Below are positions 23,320 to 38,420 of a stretch of 64,000 bases of DNA, one piece after another. Origin of the DNA: Eledone cirrhosa (taxonomy: Eukaryota); the NCBI GenBank assembly GCA_964016885.1, contig OZ024743.1, positions 53,444,001-53,508,000 on the forward strand, given 5' to 3'. The notes below the pieces were generated by a model that was given only the letters and a program-made list of their open reading frames with translations, ran no database searches and was not told where the DNA came from. The position numbers were made by a program, and so were the translations under genes. Each line of letters starts with the position of its first letter. Position 1 is the stretch's first letter.

Positions 23320-23545
23320 TATTAATAATGCAATGGACCTCCGTCGGTTTCGACGGTGAGTGTTCCAGTTGTTCGATCAACAAAATAGCCTGCTCATGAA
23401 ATTAAATTGTAAGTGGCTGTGCATTCTACAGATATGGGTATCCTTAACATAATTCTAATTCTTAGGGATATTCAGCATGACACAGTATGTGTGACAAAGC
23501 AGGACCTTTGAATTACTGGTCCAGACCATCCGACGGTCTTTCAAG
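23320..23545 (+). repeat. Dispersed repeat family (also ~25600-25705 -, ~36400-36510 -, ~50170-50330 +)
   Basis: Shared motifs gacctccgtcggtt and cagttgttcgatcaac...aagtggctg..att. Confidence 0.6.
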
Positions 23546-24166
23546 CAGTTTGTATGTATGATGGGCCCGTAACTCCTGATAGAATCGTAGGGGCACCATA
23601 TAGACATAGGGCGTTTCTTGGGCATTTTAAGCCCATCCCACCGCAGGCCTGAGCACAGTAGATTTCTTCCAGAGAAAGATAGAAAGTGAGAGAGAGGAAA
23701 TGCGAAAGATATAGAGGAAGAATCGACCCCAATACTAGACTGATAATTTTTTTATCGACCTCGAAAGGATGAAAGACAAAGTTGACCTCGGCGGGATTTG
23801 CCTATTTCAAGCTGTTTCTATCTACCCAATTTCACTCACAAGGCATGGTTTGACACAAAGCTATGACACTTTCCGAAAAATCAATGCAGTTGAATCAAAC
23901 CGAGCCCTAATAATTGCAAAGTGAACTCCTTAACCATTCAGCCATGCTGCCCCCAATACTAATTATAAATAGTTCATCTCAATCACAAATACTCCATCTT
24001 CAACACTTCTTAAATTGTCTTTATTCTGTTGTGTCACATTTAGTTTATTTCCAAATTTTTTCATTTCTAAACGATGTATAATTTCTTGACAGTCTGTCAA
24101 TTCAGTCTTCTTTAATCAATTATTGCTTTATCTGTCTGCTTGCCTCTCTCCCTCGCTTTCATTTCC

Positions 24167-24214
<48 letters not shown>

Positions 24215-24479
24215 TCCACTTCCCCCACCCCTTTCTCTCTAATATGTTAGTAAGCAAATCAGGATTTCTACAGACTGAAATACAAAATCACTTTGTAGTT
24301 CCACATGATCATATTTAAGCAATTTTAATGTGCGATCTACATGATGATTTACAGTTCAGCGTTCGGTCTACCTGGCCATTTTCAGTTCAGCGTTCGGTTT
24401 ACCTGAACATTTATAGTTCAGAGTGTTGTCTGATTGGTCATTTACAATTCAGAGTGCTGTCTACCTGGTCATCGGGTTT

Positions 24480-25460
24480 AAGGAGAAAATTAGCCACAAC
24501 CCCATCCCCAAATCACCCAAGAGAAATAGTCGTCGAAACACAAGCTGGTTTACACCACCTTTCTTGTTGAACATCAAGATCAATATCGTTAGAATCTTCC
24601 TCGCCTTAATAAATAACGGTATAACCTAAACATAAGTTTTAGCTCCACTTCCAACTTTAAAAGAAAAGTTACAACTAACCCCTATTACTTAATGTAGTTG
24701 GATACTCATGCAGGAACAGAGCCACATACCCGCTAGATGGTGCCTGTAAAATAGAGGCTATGATTTATGAGGCAACAATCAAGTCAACCTACCTCGACGG
24801 TATCACCAACTTAAAGTGATATGTCGGGCTTACGGAACGGCAGTTCAAGGGGTGGTATGATAACTATACAGCGTCGTCCGGTCAGCAGGATAACAGAAAC
24901 TCAATAAAGCTCTCCAGTTAAGACTGGAAATTGAAAGAAATCTCTGAATGAATATAATATCTAGTCGATTACGTAAAAGTGCTGAACCAATATTAACGGA
25001 AATGTGGACTCTGTAACGTAGAAACGTGGCTAATTTTGAAGAACCTATTAGAATCAAGCGTTTGCATGAATACGAGAAGCGAAACATTCAAAGCGTGCCT
25101 CCATAGCTCGAAATTCGACCGGTATTTCTGGTCACTACAAGAACAGAGTCACAGCAAACTGTGAACACACTAACCTCATGCACCTGGTTAATGTACATAC
25201 ATCTACTGCATGGCTGCAGGGCTGCATGGTGCAATAATGCGCCAGCTCCAGCATTTGTCATCGGAACAAGGAAGGTAGGTGTAAAAGCCAAACTCTTTAG
25301 AATCCAGCTTCTATAATTTTCGGCGAAAATGAACGTCAACTAGCGTGAAACAGACTGTTAGCCTCTCTCCCTTCTTTCGCCGAAAAGAAGTCACTACTTT
25401 AAAACTGATAGCGTATGGTCTTCTAAATGTTTTTAATTAAACATCCGGTATATTGCCAAA
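24480..25460 (+). mobile_element. Decayed Penelope-like element 3' fragment (linker + GIY-YIG + 3' UTR)
   Basis: RNTSWFTPPFLLNIKINIVRIFLALI; SCRNRATYPLDGACKIEAMIYEATI; YVGLTERQFK; KCGLCNVETWLIL...ACLH; ends at (TA)n. Confidence 0.8.
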
Positions 25461-25475
25461 TATACTATACATACA

Positions 25476-25587
<112 letters not shown>

Positions 25588-26177
25588 CGCGCGGCTTTTC
25601 TTTGTCATGCGCAACCACTCGAACGTTAATTTTACAAGCAAGCTGTTCTGTTGTGCGAATCAACTGGAAGACTTGTCGTCGGAACCGACGGAGGTCCACC
25701 ACTTTATATAAACATATACATACAGTGACAGATACAGAGATACACGCGCGCACACACACAAATTAGAAGTTTCAAATTTCAGACGTGTTCGAAATGACCT
25801 TTCTTCCTTCTTTTGTCAATTCACACAATTGTATTATGTATTACCAAAAACACGAGTTAAGTTACAAAGTTTGTTTTTACACTCTATTCGGTTCTAGACA
25901 AACAACACTTGTTCCCCCCTGAATCATTCATGTTTATTACCCTCAAAACGATGTTTGTTTAGTGTTTCACTCTTAAAGTTCACATCGTAGGTTTACACAC
26001 CGGAAATATGAAGTTTGTTTCAATGGGAGTAAACGACCAACTCCAAGCAAAATAATTTGGCACCTGAACTGGTTCATTTATGCATACACATATACAAACA
26101 TTCACGCAAAAACACAATATATATATATAGTAATAATAATAAATTGGAAGACTAAACTTTAATCTGTTATTTTAATA

Positions 26178-26251
<74 letters not shown>

Positions 26252-26542
26252 AAATGAAAAAAATCGGAACCCTGAACCATGCTCGGATCTAGCTGTGCAG
26301 GGTGCTGAATTTTTCAGCAGGGTGCTGAATTTTTCATATTACCCACTCTACTACACCAATATCGAGTACTATGGTGAGTCTAACTGGTTTTTACTGCATC
26401 CATTCCAATATATATATATATATAATATTTTAGTATAGTGAGAGAGTAGAAGGTTTAAAGGGATAAGCGATACATATAGTTAGTTGCCATAAGCTGGTGC
26501 ATTTGTGCTCAATACTTGTGCCTACAGGGTTAAATATCGGAA

Positions 26543-26599
<57 letters not shown>

Positions 26600-26781
26600 C
26601 CCCGACTGAACCCGTGACTTATATATATATGTATACATATATATATGACTAAAGGAATTTTAGCCTGATAATGGGATTTAGAACCCCATTATCAGGCTAA
26701 AATTCCTTTAGTCAAAAATACGGTGAAAGCTATTCTATTTTCTAATTTCAAACCTGCTCACTGTTTCAAAACATACTTACT

Positions 26782-26821
<40 letters not shown>

Positions 26822-26835
26822 AGTAAGTATGTTTT

Positions 26836-27517
26836 ATAGTAATAATAATAAATTTGAAGACTAAAATCCAAAGAGGGCTCGATAAGGATAAATATATATC
26901 AAATATATAAGAACCGTAGAGCAAATATTTATTAAAATAACAGATTAAAGTTTAAGCAAAGAATCGCTGCTTTCACCCTTAACGGGATCTTCTGAAACTA
27001 ACAAAGTCAATCTGTGAACGCTGAATTGAATATTTCAAAAAAAGTTGCAACCGGAGGAAGACAGGAAGACGATACTTTGGTTAGTGGAAACGTTCCCTGG
27101 CAAAGAACGGGAAAAAACGAATATAATACGTCATTATTTGGAGCGGTGAAAAACAATTACACACAAAGACAAAACCACGTTTATGGTATAAAAGAAGTCG
27201 TAGACTAATATTCTATTAGGTGGTTCATAGAGACCTTCTCTGGCAATGAAAGAAAAAAACGAAGATAATACGTTATATGTGGAGCGGGGAGAACAATTGC
27301 ACGCAAAGACAAAATCATGTAAATGGTATAACTGAAGTCGTAGACAACATTCTAACTAGAAAACCGATTGATTCTCGGCTTAAGAGTTAAGAATAAAGTA
27401 AATAAAATACAGAGGTTATTGAAATTAAATAAATACATACACGCATCCATATACGTACAAACACAAGCAGACGCGAAAACACTCGCCATAGGTATACAAA
27501 TACACGCACGTACACAA

Positions 27518-27550
<33 letters not shown>

Positions 27551-28940
27551 GCACGCACATACGGAACCCACGCAACGCCTGTACCCGCACGCATACGAAT
27601 GTATACACCAAATACACATAAAAATATATCTAAAAAAAAAAATATATATATATATGTGTGTGTGTGTGTGCGTGTATATATATAATTAAATAAACGTATA
27701 TAAATAAATAAATACGTATATAACAAGCGCACACACATCATACCTACATGTGAATACACATATATTCGGAGACGAACGTCAACCAAAACACAAAGTACAC
27801 ATATGCACACACCCTACATACGTACGAACCCGCATTCTCACACAGATGCAAAACTCACGTATACACATAACCAAAAGCATATGTACCAGAATATATAATA
27901 TATACGCCATAACATATACAATCAAATATACGTACGAGAAAGTATACGTACCTTCACAAAACATACAGGTAATATATACTTACCTATACAAATAAGTAAT
28001 GGTATAAACATAACATATACTTAGCTACCACATCAAGACGTATAATATCCGCGTATAGATCGTACTATCCGTTAGGGTATAATGTGGGGCTGTAATACAG
28101 GAAAGTTTTGTGCAATTTATGTTTACAAGCCGAAATTGCCTCAGATTTTTTGTTTAAGATGTGGTCTTTGGCGTAGAGTATTTCCAGGGCCTCAGCGGCG
28201 CAGAGGTCACATGGTTTTTTATTTCCGTTATACGATCTAGCCTGAGCTGGGATCTCCCAGTGTAACTTATATTGGGTGTGGTTGTCTTTTAGACTCCAGA
28301 TATAAGCTGAAAGTGACGTCATATTCCTTCTAAAGGGGTAACGAAAAGAATTGGTATGCATGTAAAGACGCTGCTTGAATCTATTGGCGGTTAACCCTAT
28401 GTAGGCCCTACGGGACTTGGGTGTTTCAACCTTACATTTGTAGACAATGTTACTAGAGAGGCATTTCCCGGATAGGGGCAGTCAACCCGATTCCTACAAT
28501 TACAATTAGTACTAACTACAGGGTTGCACGTGTTCCTACGGCGAGGTAGTTTAGCTAAATTTGAAGCTGTGATTTTATGTGCAAGGTTAGGAGTCGGAGA
28601 GTAAAAAATGTTAATAGTATTTCTATTAAAAATGTTACTATATTTATGTGTAGGGGGAAAATGCTTCATAATAAGGGAGAGAAAGATCTTAGCTAATGGT
28701 GTAGCAACCTCCATATTATATGGTGGATTATACCATATAATGCGTCGGGATCTATTTCTTCTAGGTCTATTTTCGTACTCTGTATATGCTACCTTATCGA
28801 CAAATCCACTCCGAGCAAGAGCTTCATTGTAATATGTGGAATGGCCGTTGAAAATATGCTCGTTAGTAGATAGACGGGAAAGCATCAAAGAAACGATTCT
28901 TTGCTTAAACTTTAATCTGTTATTTTAATAAATATATAAT
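26836..28940 (-). mobile_element. 5'-truncated Penelope-like element (Neptune-like) with an inverted partial terminal repeat at its 5' end
   Basis: ORFs 28397-28888 (YYNEALARSGF, IIWYNPPYN, CNCRNRVDCP) and 28065-28361 (TSLSAYIWSLKD, CDLCAAEALEIL); 28889-28935 is the reverse complement of ~26925-26966. Confidence 0.88.
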
Positions 28941-29059
28941 GGTAGCACAGTGGTCTGGATAACCAAAGATGTGGGTTCGACTCTATGTACGTCAATACTC
29001 ATCTTTTTCCATTTATCTGACTAAAATTTCTTTAGTCAAAAATACGGTGAAAGCTATTC

Positions 29060-29154
<95 letters not shown>

Positions 29155-29155
29155 T

Positions 29156-29298
<143 letters not shown>

Positions 29299-29326
29299 GT
29301 AATGTATCATGGATTACGTTACTGAT

Positions 29327-29379
<53 letters not shown>

Positions 29380-30036
29380 TCACGGATTCAGTCAGGGGTA
29401 ACCACAATAAGTAAGGTACATTAGTAGAGTGGAAACACCATGTTTAATATAGAAATGGCTTGTACGGGATTAGAACTGTTTCATTCAAATAATCTAAACT
29501 ATAATAAAGGAAGGACTGCGGGACTGCGTACGGTTTATTATTTTTTTATCCTGTTAGTAAAATAAGTTGGATTACTTTGAATAATGAATGTATATTACAT
29601 CATTTATCTACTAAATTTCGTAAACAAAAACAATTTCGTAAAAATAAATAATTTAAAATTGACTTCTTTTCAAAGTTGCACTTCCGGTATATCGTTGCCA
29701 CCACTACCACCACTTCAACTACCATATATATAGAAAGAGAGAGTGTGTGGTGTCAACACTTCCGGTGGCGATCACTTAAATAAACATACTAATTTTCTGT
29801 CACTAATTTTCTCCTAATGCAGTTTATATATAATATCGCCTTTTTTTAATGTATCATGGATTACGTTACTGATTAAATAAGACAGTGTAACAACGTCTTC
29901 GTTCAATTTCTGTTTATATTGTCAATTACGATTATATTTGATGTATCATATCTGCATGTTTATATACTTGCGTATAATATCAATATACACACTACACATG
30001 CTAGCAGAAAACCAACCGAGGGTGGTTTTTCTGCTA

Positions 30037-30081
<45 letters not shown>

Positions 30082-30082
30082 G

Positions 30083-30256
<174 letters not shown>

Positions 30257-30807
30257 ATACAATAACAGAGAAAGCTTTAAGCTAAACTCTTACTGGCTAC
30301 CATCTCACTCAACAAACATTAGGATATACGTTAATATAATCCCAATTTTGTGTTTGGGGTGCTAACTATATGTATTTTGTGGAAAGCCAGTTGTATTATT
30401 TTATATGAGATATAATTAAAATTAAAATATATCTCTCTTTCCAAACAATTGTTTCATTATAAGTTTTCTACAAGTTGGGAGAATGTTTCCGGTTTATGTA
30501 AAAGCCTACAGATTTTTCTGTAAGAACACATGTATGTGGGCACTTATAAATCATCAGTGGATGCCCATCAAACTTTGATATAAGAAAAAATTTCTTACCG
30601 CAGTTATTTTTCGTGTCAGCTAAGTCGTCCCTTCACGCATCATAATGACCGCCAAATTTGAAATTCCAGAAGTCTTTAGACTGAGGAATTTCACAGCGTT
30701 ACGAAGCGGAAAAGGGAGGCAATCGCGAAACACAAGAAAGTAAAATAATATACACGTGGGTTAATTATTTTTTTCAAAACAATTTTAATCCTGCGTGTTA
30801 AGAACTC

Positions 30808-30899
<92 letters not shown>

Positions 30900-32645
30900 G
30901 AGTTCTTAATACGCAGGATTAAGTTATATATATATATATTAAGTTATATATATATATATATATATATATAACGGCGATGAATTAGTTTTGCGAGGTTTTT
31001 GATATGAAATGGTGGGTCGAAACAAATATTGTTATACTTGGGGAGGGTCATATTTGTGTAATATTGCAAGAATTAATAACAGAACACACTCACTGTTTGG
31101 TTGGTTTTCGCTTCTGTGTCTTTTATATCGGTTAATTTAATTTTTTCGGTCCTCAATGTTGCCATTGACTGACCAACGGTAAAAAAATACTGATACAATA
31201 TAGACACAAACACATATATATAGTATATCAAAGTTCTTTCGTTGCACATCTGCAACATCGTCAGTGGTGCTATTATGTTTCCTCCCGTTGCATTGTATGC
31301 TTACGCCATCTTTATTTAGTCTGTTTATTTATTTATTTATTTATTTATTTTTTGTCTTTTCTGCGCATGCTTTTGCGTATAGTGTTTTTGTTTGATGTGT
31401 GTTCTTGTTTGGGTGACTGTGTATTGGTTAACTAGTGTGTGTTTATATGTGTTTGTTATTGTGCTTGTGTATGTATTTATCTATTTATTTATTTATCTAT
31501 CTATCTATTTATACTTCTCTTAGGTCAGTGTTGTTTGTTTGGGTGTTGTTGTTATTCCATTCATTTGAATGGAATAACAACATCAATGGAATAACAACAA
31601 CACCCAAATATAGAGCAAATATCCAAACTATAAATTATTATGGACCTTATTTTGAACTCTGAATTATCCATGCATTTATTATTGTTTTTCTTATATATAT
31701 GTATGTATTTAACTGTAACAGGTCGAATTCTATTATATAAGATTATAATCGTTATCATTTACCTAAAGTATACTGTATCACTAATACCTAATATACATCT
31801 ATATATACCTCCCTGTATCTCTCTGTACATAACTTTTAGATAACTTCTAAATTTCTAGATTATTATTTATTTTGAACTATGAATAATTAATGCATTTACA
31901 CCCTGTTATATATAGGTATATATTTAACTTTAGCATGCTTCAATCTATTATTTTATATTCGCTATCATTTACCTAAAATATACTGGCTCATTAATATATA
32001 TCTATATACATAATCGTATTTAAATGTTTCTAACAATAAGTACTTCATAAGCTTTACATACCGAAAATGTTGACATTTTTATAGATTATCTTCGTTAAAA
32101 TTTACATTTAGGAAAATATTCAACAGTGTAAATTTTCCTTTCGCTGGCCAGGTAAATTCTTTAAATATTATCCTCATAAAATTCAGAAGTTTAGAAATGT
32201 TAACACACTTATAGAATTTATAAAACTAATAAATATAAATAACCAGCAATTTTAAAAAAACCCTAAAATCTTGATTCTTCACCCTAAAATAACATAAACT
32301 AAATATTTTGAAACTTAACCGTTTAGCTTTCGGAAAAAATCTCTTTCTGCATATATTACCCCCTTTATCTTTCCCTCTCTCTAAATCCCCTTTCAGCGGC
32401 CCTTGTTGACTGTTATAATTCATGAAATGTTTTCCTAGATAAACATAACTTGTAGTATCCTACATTTAAAAATCTCTATAGCTGTCACATAAACCAACGT
32501 TTTTCTTACTCACACATTCTCTATTGAATTTATTACGTTTTCGCATTTTCTCATTATTAGGGTATAAATGTTGAATTTTCTCTTAGGTTAATCACTACCT
32601 TGATTAAATCTTAACCATTTAACATCTCAGGGTATGTCATGTATC

Positions 32646-32708
32646 ATTATATTTTGTCTGATGAGGACGTACTGTTGCACCTCCGAAATATATATAATAA
32701 AATGTAAT
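32646..32708 (+). ncRNA. Type I hammerhead ribozyme at the end of an AT-rich PLE-like 3' UTR
   Basis: Stem I attatattttgt/ataaaatgtaat; CTGATGA 32658-32664; stem II closed by gga/tcc; GAAA 32685-32688; palindromic tatata; AUA site. Confidence 0.75.
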
Positions 32709-33721
32709 TGATCAAAAGAACATCTATTTTATTAATATTTGTATCCTAAACGGACAGTAGTCCGTTTAGTAATATTGTTGTGGTCGTGTTTTCGTTGGCA
32801 ATCGTCTGTTTACGACAGTACAGCGCGGCTCTACTTTATTTAACTGAGATAAAACTTATATGAGCATGAACAGTAGATCATTACGGATCTTTTGGCTTAA
32901 AAATCTAGAAATTTGGTCCAGCGGGAAAAAGTTTATAATCAAAGTTTGCTGATAAATTTTGTGTTCAAGTGAGTGAGTAGTAAGCGTGACGTTAGGGGAG
33001 GTAATTACGAGGTAATTACAAGGGGAGGTAATTACGATTCTCTCTCTATTATCTAATATATTTCAAATTGTATTTTTAACTAAATTCATTTATCATAGTC
33101 TAATATTTTAAAAATAGGTGAGTGCTCCACGATGATGACCCATGTCCCCGCCATGTGGAGGGGATACTTAGGAGCCATCCAGATATCATGTGACCATTTT
33201 TGGTTCGCGGTGTCCACGTGATATCTGGATGGCCCTTTATACTAATTAGTCATTTATCTGCATAAAAATTATACCAGATCATTCTGATTATTGGCTTGAA
33301 ATCTTTTACAAAATTAGTATGAGCAACTAAGAGGTCATCAATAGAAATAGAATTACTTTTTGAAGTTTTCATGCACACCATTTTTGGGGATTTAAAATAA
33401 AAGTTAATATCATAATTCTTATTTTGTATACCCACATTGCAGATACAGAGAAACATGACAATCCTATATAAAGGTCGTAGACAGCAGTATCAGTTTTTAT
33501 CCGTAACACCATTGAAATGCACAAGTTTCACCAATTCACTATTATGCACTAATCATCTCAAATGCATTCATGATTTACTAGCTTTGTCATTAAGCCAGTT
33601 GCCTCAACTAGATTGCAATTATACTCAAAAGAACTTTAAAATGTCAATCACTTGTCAGTAATTCACTATGATCATTTAATTATTAGATAGTTGTTGCTTG
33701 CATTGCCTTAAAAAATAGTAG

Positions 33722-34745
33722 ACCAGATAGAAAAATGCGTACAGCAAAAAAAAGTAATATTGTTGGAATATAAACCTTTAAAAATACAGGACAAGAAACT
33801 AAAATAAAACTTTAAAGGAATAGGACAAGAAACTAAGATAAAACTTTAAAGAATTGGACAAGAAATAAAAAATGTTACAATAATATTAGTGGCAACATTT
33901 TTTTATTCGTTTCCTGTACTATGCCCCAGTATCTTCTTGATTAGTGCATAATAATTGTCATGCTCTCATTGTGCGTTGCCCCTGAGCGGTTGGTTCTGGT
34001 TGGGTTGGTTGGCTGAGCAGTTCTGCTCCGTCAGAATGACCAGTGCAAGAAGAATTGGCCGATGCAGCTTCAGGTCTCCTCCAAGAATGCACTTCTGGTC
34101 CCGCAACACCAGACGAAGATGGAGAAGACGACCGGGACAAGATGTCGACTCTGACCACCGACTGCGGCAACTCCCTCAACCACCGGTCCTCCCTCCCTCT
34201 GTCCCGTCATCCCTCCAGTCCTCCTGCTCCCCCTTCCTGTACCAGAAAGCTGTGGCACGCATTCATCTGGATTGCCGGACTTGAACTCAAGGACAAGATG
34301 CAAGGAGAAGATGGACGGGTTGGTCAAGATCAAGGATGAGCGGGACGACAAGACCGTCCGCTGCTGCTCAAGATCTGTGCTCATGGGCCCATGGGTCCAT
34401 TCACATTATGCATGACACATGAGGCGTGTCGCCGAATGATGAGATAGGGGTATGGTTATGGCCCAATTGGTGTTTAAACCAGGATCATATGATCCCCGGT
34501 CTGACGACGACCTCTAAATGTGGAACCCAGAGCCTATGAATGTGGAACTCGATTTGTTACCAATAAAAATTTTGCCACTAATATTATTGTAAATTTTTTT
34601 ATTTCTTGTCCAATTCTTTAAAGTTTTATCTTAGTTTCTTGTCCTATTCTTTTAAAGTTTTATTTTAGTTTCTTGTCCTGTATTTTTAAAGGTTTATATT
34701 CCAACAATATTACTTTTTTTTGCTGTACGCATTTTTCTATCTGGT
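33722..34745. mobile_element. 1-kb element with ~185-bp inverted terminal arms and a GC-rich interior
   Basis: 33722-33907 is nearly the exact reverse complement of 34562-34745; arms carry three ggacaagaaa..aaaactttaaa subrepeats. Confidence 0.8.
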
Positions 34746-34845
34746 TTTAATATTAATAACTCTTGAAAATTATTTTTCTCGTAGAGTGCTTCCAATCTAC
34801 TGTAAAACTCATTCTTTGATATACTCATTGAATCTTGTTTAACTC

Positions 34846-34888
<43 letters not shown>

Positions 34889-34925
34889 TAATGAAAAATG
34901 AAAAATTAGAAATAGAAGTTAGGAT

Positions 34926-35033
<108 letters not shown>

Positions 35034-35481
35034 CTTCGTATACACGATGTTTGTTTACATTGAAAAGCTGTGATTCAGCTATCTAATAGCGACGGTAAGA
35101 GTTGTCCCAATCCCTCGGCTTAACGGTTTAAAGCGCTTGCCCGGTATCTGAGAGATGTGGGGTTCGATTGCTCATAACGATGGATGGCAGCTTCTTTTTC
35201 AGTTTTAAGTTTCTTCACCCTATTTTATAAGCTATTTTATACCATCTCCGCGCACGAACACACCATTCTTTACATTCTACACACACACACACACACATAT
35301 ATATACATATGCGCGCATGTGTGTATAGATATGTGTAAATACATATATGCATATAGATATGTATATATATGTAAGTATACATACGCGTACACACACACAT
35401 ACACATATATATATATATATACTTATGGTGATATTGGATATAAAAAAAATGCACACATTTGTATAAAAATATGTATATGTA

Positions 35482-35562
<81 letters not shown>

Positions 35563-35740
35563 GTGTATATTTATACATATATGTGTGTATGTATATATAT
35601 ATATACTAACCATACATGATTACAGAGACACCCAATCGCTATATCATTTTTCAAAAAGATAATCCCCTTTTCTAGAGAACACTATGGTTGATCAACTAAA
35701 ATCTTCCTTCAAGCTGTCAGATATTAACTGTAGAGGTGAC

Positions 35741-35815
<75 letters not shown>

Positions 35816-36230
35816 GCCCTTTATCTTATACAGTTTCACATGTTTCCCTACCGAAACCACCATTGCTAAGCCTTCTCTACGGAGCACAAGACTAAGAACC
35901 AACTGAACCGTACAGTAAATTCGTGGCTTCATAAGGAGGTGAACTACTGTATCCTGCTTCATGCACTTGGAACATATCGAATATTACGGTCGAATGCTAG
36001 AGTTTACTGAAGAATTATTTGCTAGGTCTGACTGATTCTGAGGATTTTGTTTACCAATTTCGTCATGAAAGTTTTGGTAATTCTGACGACTTAGGAATTT
36101 AGGAAGTCAGGAATAGAGTAGAATGAACATTGGCGAATATTTGGCAAACTTTGGTAAACTTTGTATCATAAATATACACACACATGCACTCCCTCTCTCT
36201 GTCTGTCTCTCTCTCTCTCTCCCCTTTCTT

Positions 36231-36267
<37 letters not shown>

Positions 36268-37069
36268 TACATACACATATAACACAGATTCATTTCGTGG
36301 CTCCTTGGGCAAGTATCTTGTGATGTGAGAGAAATGAGTAGATGGAAACTGTTGGAAGCCCTTTGGATAGATTGATGCTGAATATCCCTAAAAATTACAT
36401 TAAATATACACGTGTCTATTTAATGCGCAGTCACTTACACGTTAATTGCATAAGCAAGCTGTTCTGTTAATCGAATAACTGGATCACTCAGCGTAGAAAC
36501 TGACGCTAGTTCATTCTGTTGTATATTAGTATTGATGATCGAGAGAATAGGTACTTAATGTTATAGTAGAGATTAATGATTTTAGTACGGTTGAATCAGT
36601 TCTTTTGTTTTTTACTCTGGACTGCAAACATACGAGAGAAACTCCAGAGAATCAGGACATTGATTTAAACTTAAAACACACACACATATCGTTATATTTG
36701 GGGATGGTCATGTCACCAATATTGCCAATGAAAAGAAACACACGCACCATATATTTTCAAGTTATCTTTATCCTTATCGTTCTTTATTCATTTGTTTGTC
36801 AAAGTTCTTTCGTCACACATTGTGTGTCCTCCTCAATGACTATTTGTTCTCTTTGTGTCTCTTCTTTCTGGTCTTAAGCTTTTACTCCATCTTGTCTTTT
36901 GTTTTATGGTGCGTTTTTCGTGATTCGTGTCTGCGCATTCGTTTGGACCCGCGCCTTCATCTATGTGTGTGAGTATGTATGTGTGGGTGTGCGTGTGTGT
37001 GTTTTCTTACCTATTCTGTCTTCAGTCGTTAAGTTGCGAGCTGTTGTAGATTGTTAGTGATTTCATAAG

Positions 37070-37390
37070 GAAGGCACATGTATTAGTGGTTACGGTGTTG
37101 GTTCACAATCGTAAGGTCGTGAGTTCAATTCCCGTTGTGTACTTGAACAAGGCACTTTATTCCGCGTTGCTTCTGTCTACTCAGTTGAAAAAAAAATGAG
37201 TTGCGAATATACTGGTGCTAACCCGTATCACATTTTGCCTTTCCTTAGGACAACATTGGTGACATAGAAAGGGGAGACAGGTATACTTGGAAAACTTCTG
37301 TCTTTCCACAAAACCTTGCTATGGTTTGGGCTTTGGAGAGGAATATTTCAAGTACAAACCCATGTTCACTCATGAGAAGAGGCCAATTTA
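37070..37390 (+). mobile_element. tRNA-derived SINE (diverged, near full length)
   Basis: ggcacatgtattagtggtta (A box), gagttcaattcc (B box), cttgaacaaggcactttatt. Confidence 0.75.
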
Positions 37391-37445
37391 TTGGTTCCCT
37401 AACATCTTTTTTTTTTAATATATGCTTCCAACACTTAAAATAGGT

Positions 37446-37620
37446 GTTTCTACGTTTGGCACAAGGCCGGCAATTACCCAGTGCATTACTGGTACTTTAT
37501 TTTATCAACCCCGTAAGAATGAAAGGCAAAGTTAACCTCAGCGAGATTTGAACTCAGAATGGCAAGGGCTATAACTCTATGCGTCCGGCCCTCTACCGAT
37601 ACTGCCAATCCACCGCCCAG
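37446..37620 (-). mobile_element. SINE, second family
   Basis: Highly similar to 47783-47972. Confidence 0.85.
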
Positions 37621-38034
37621 CACTTAAAATAATATAGATTTATTCGAGTAAACGATTTAACTGTTTTCGAGCAAATCAAAAGATTATGTAGAATCTTGTT
37701 CGTTGGTTCATTCTTCCCCAGTAGTGGGGTTAAAACTAATAAATCGACGTCGTAACACACAAGACTGTGCCAAACAAATTTTAGTGGGGAAAAAGACAAA
37801 AACATAACTATTATTTTATCGAGTCGTGTGACTTAAGTTGAAAATCCTTCATTGGTTAGCGAAATTGTCGTTGTCAGTGTGGCTTCATTATAAAAGATTA
37901 AGTCGGTTTGAATGCCAATGTCGAAATAAATTTTCAAGTAATAATAAAAAAGAAATCAATAAAAAATAATACTAAAAAAGAAGAAAGTAAAGCAAAAGAT
38001 ATGCATTTTCCCACAGATCCAACTAAATCAAAGT

Positions 38035-38126
<92 letters not shown>

Positions 38127-38350
38127 GGAGGAGAATAGGGAACAGAACGGAGAGAAAAAATGGCGAATGTGTGGCGTCTGGAAATGTTTAAAAAAGGGTC
38201 ATCATTATAGAAGTAGAAAATTGAAAGAAATAGTAAAATAAAGCCAACGGCATTGAACAGATCTATTTCCAAAAGTCTCTTTTTCTCTCCCCCCCCTCTC
38301 TATCTTCACCCTCTCTTTCTGTCTCTCTCTGTCTCTCTCTGTCTCTTTAT

Positions 38351-38420
<70 letters not shown>

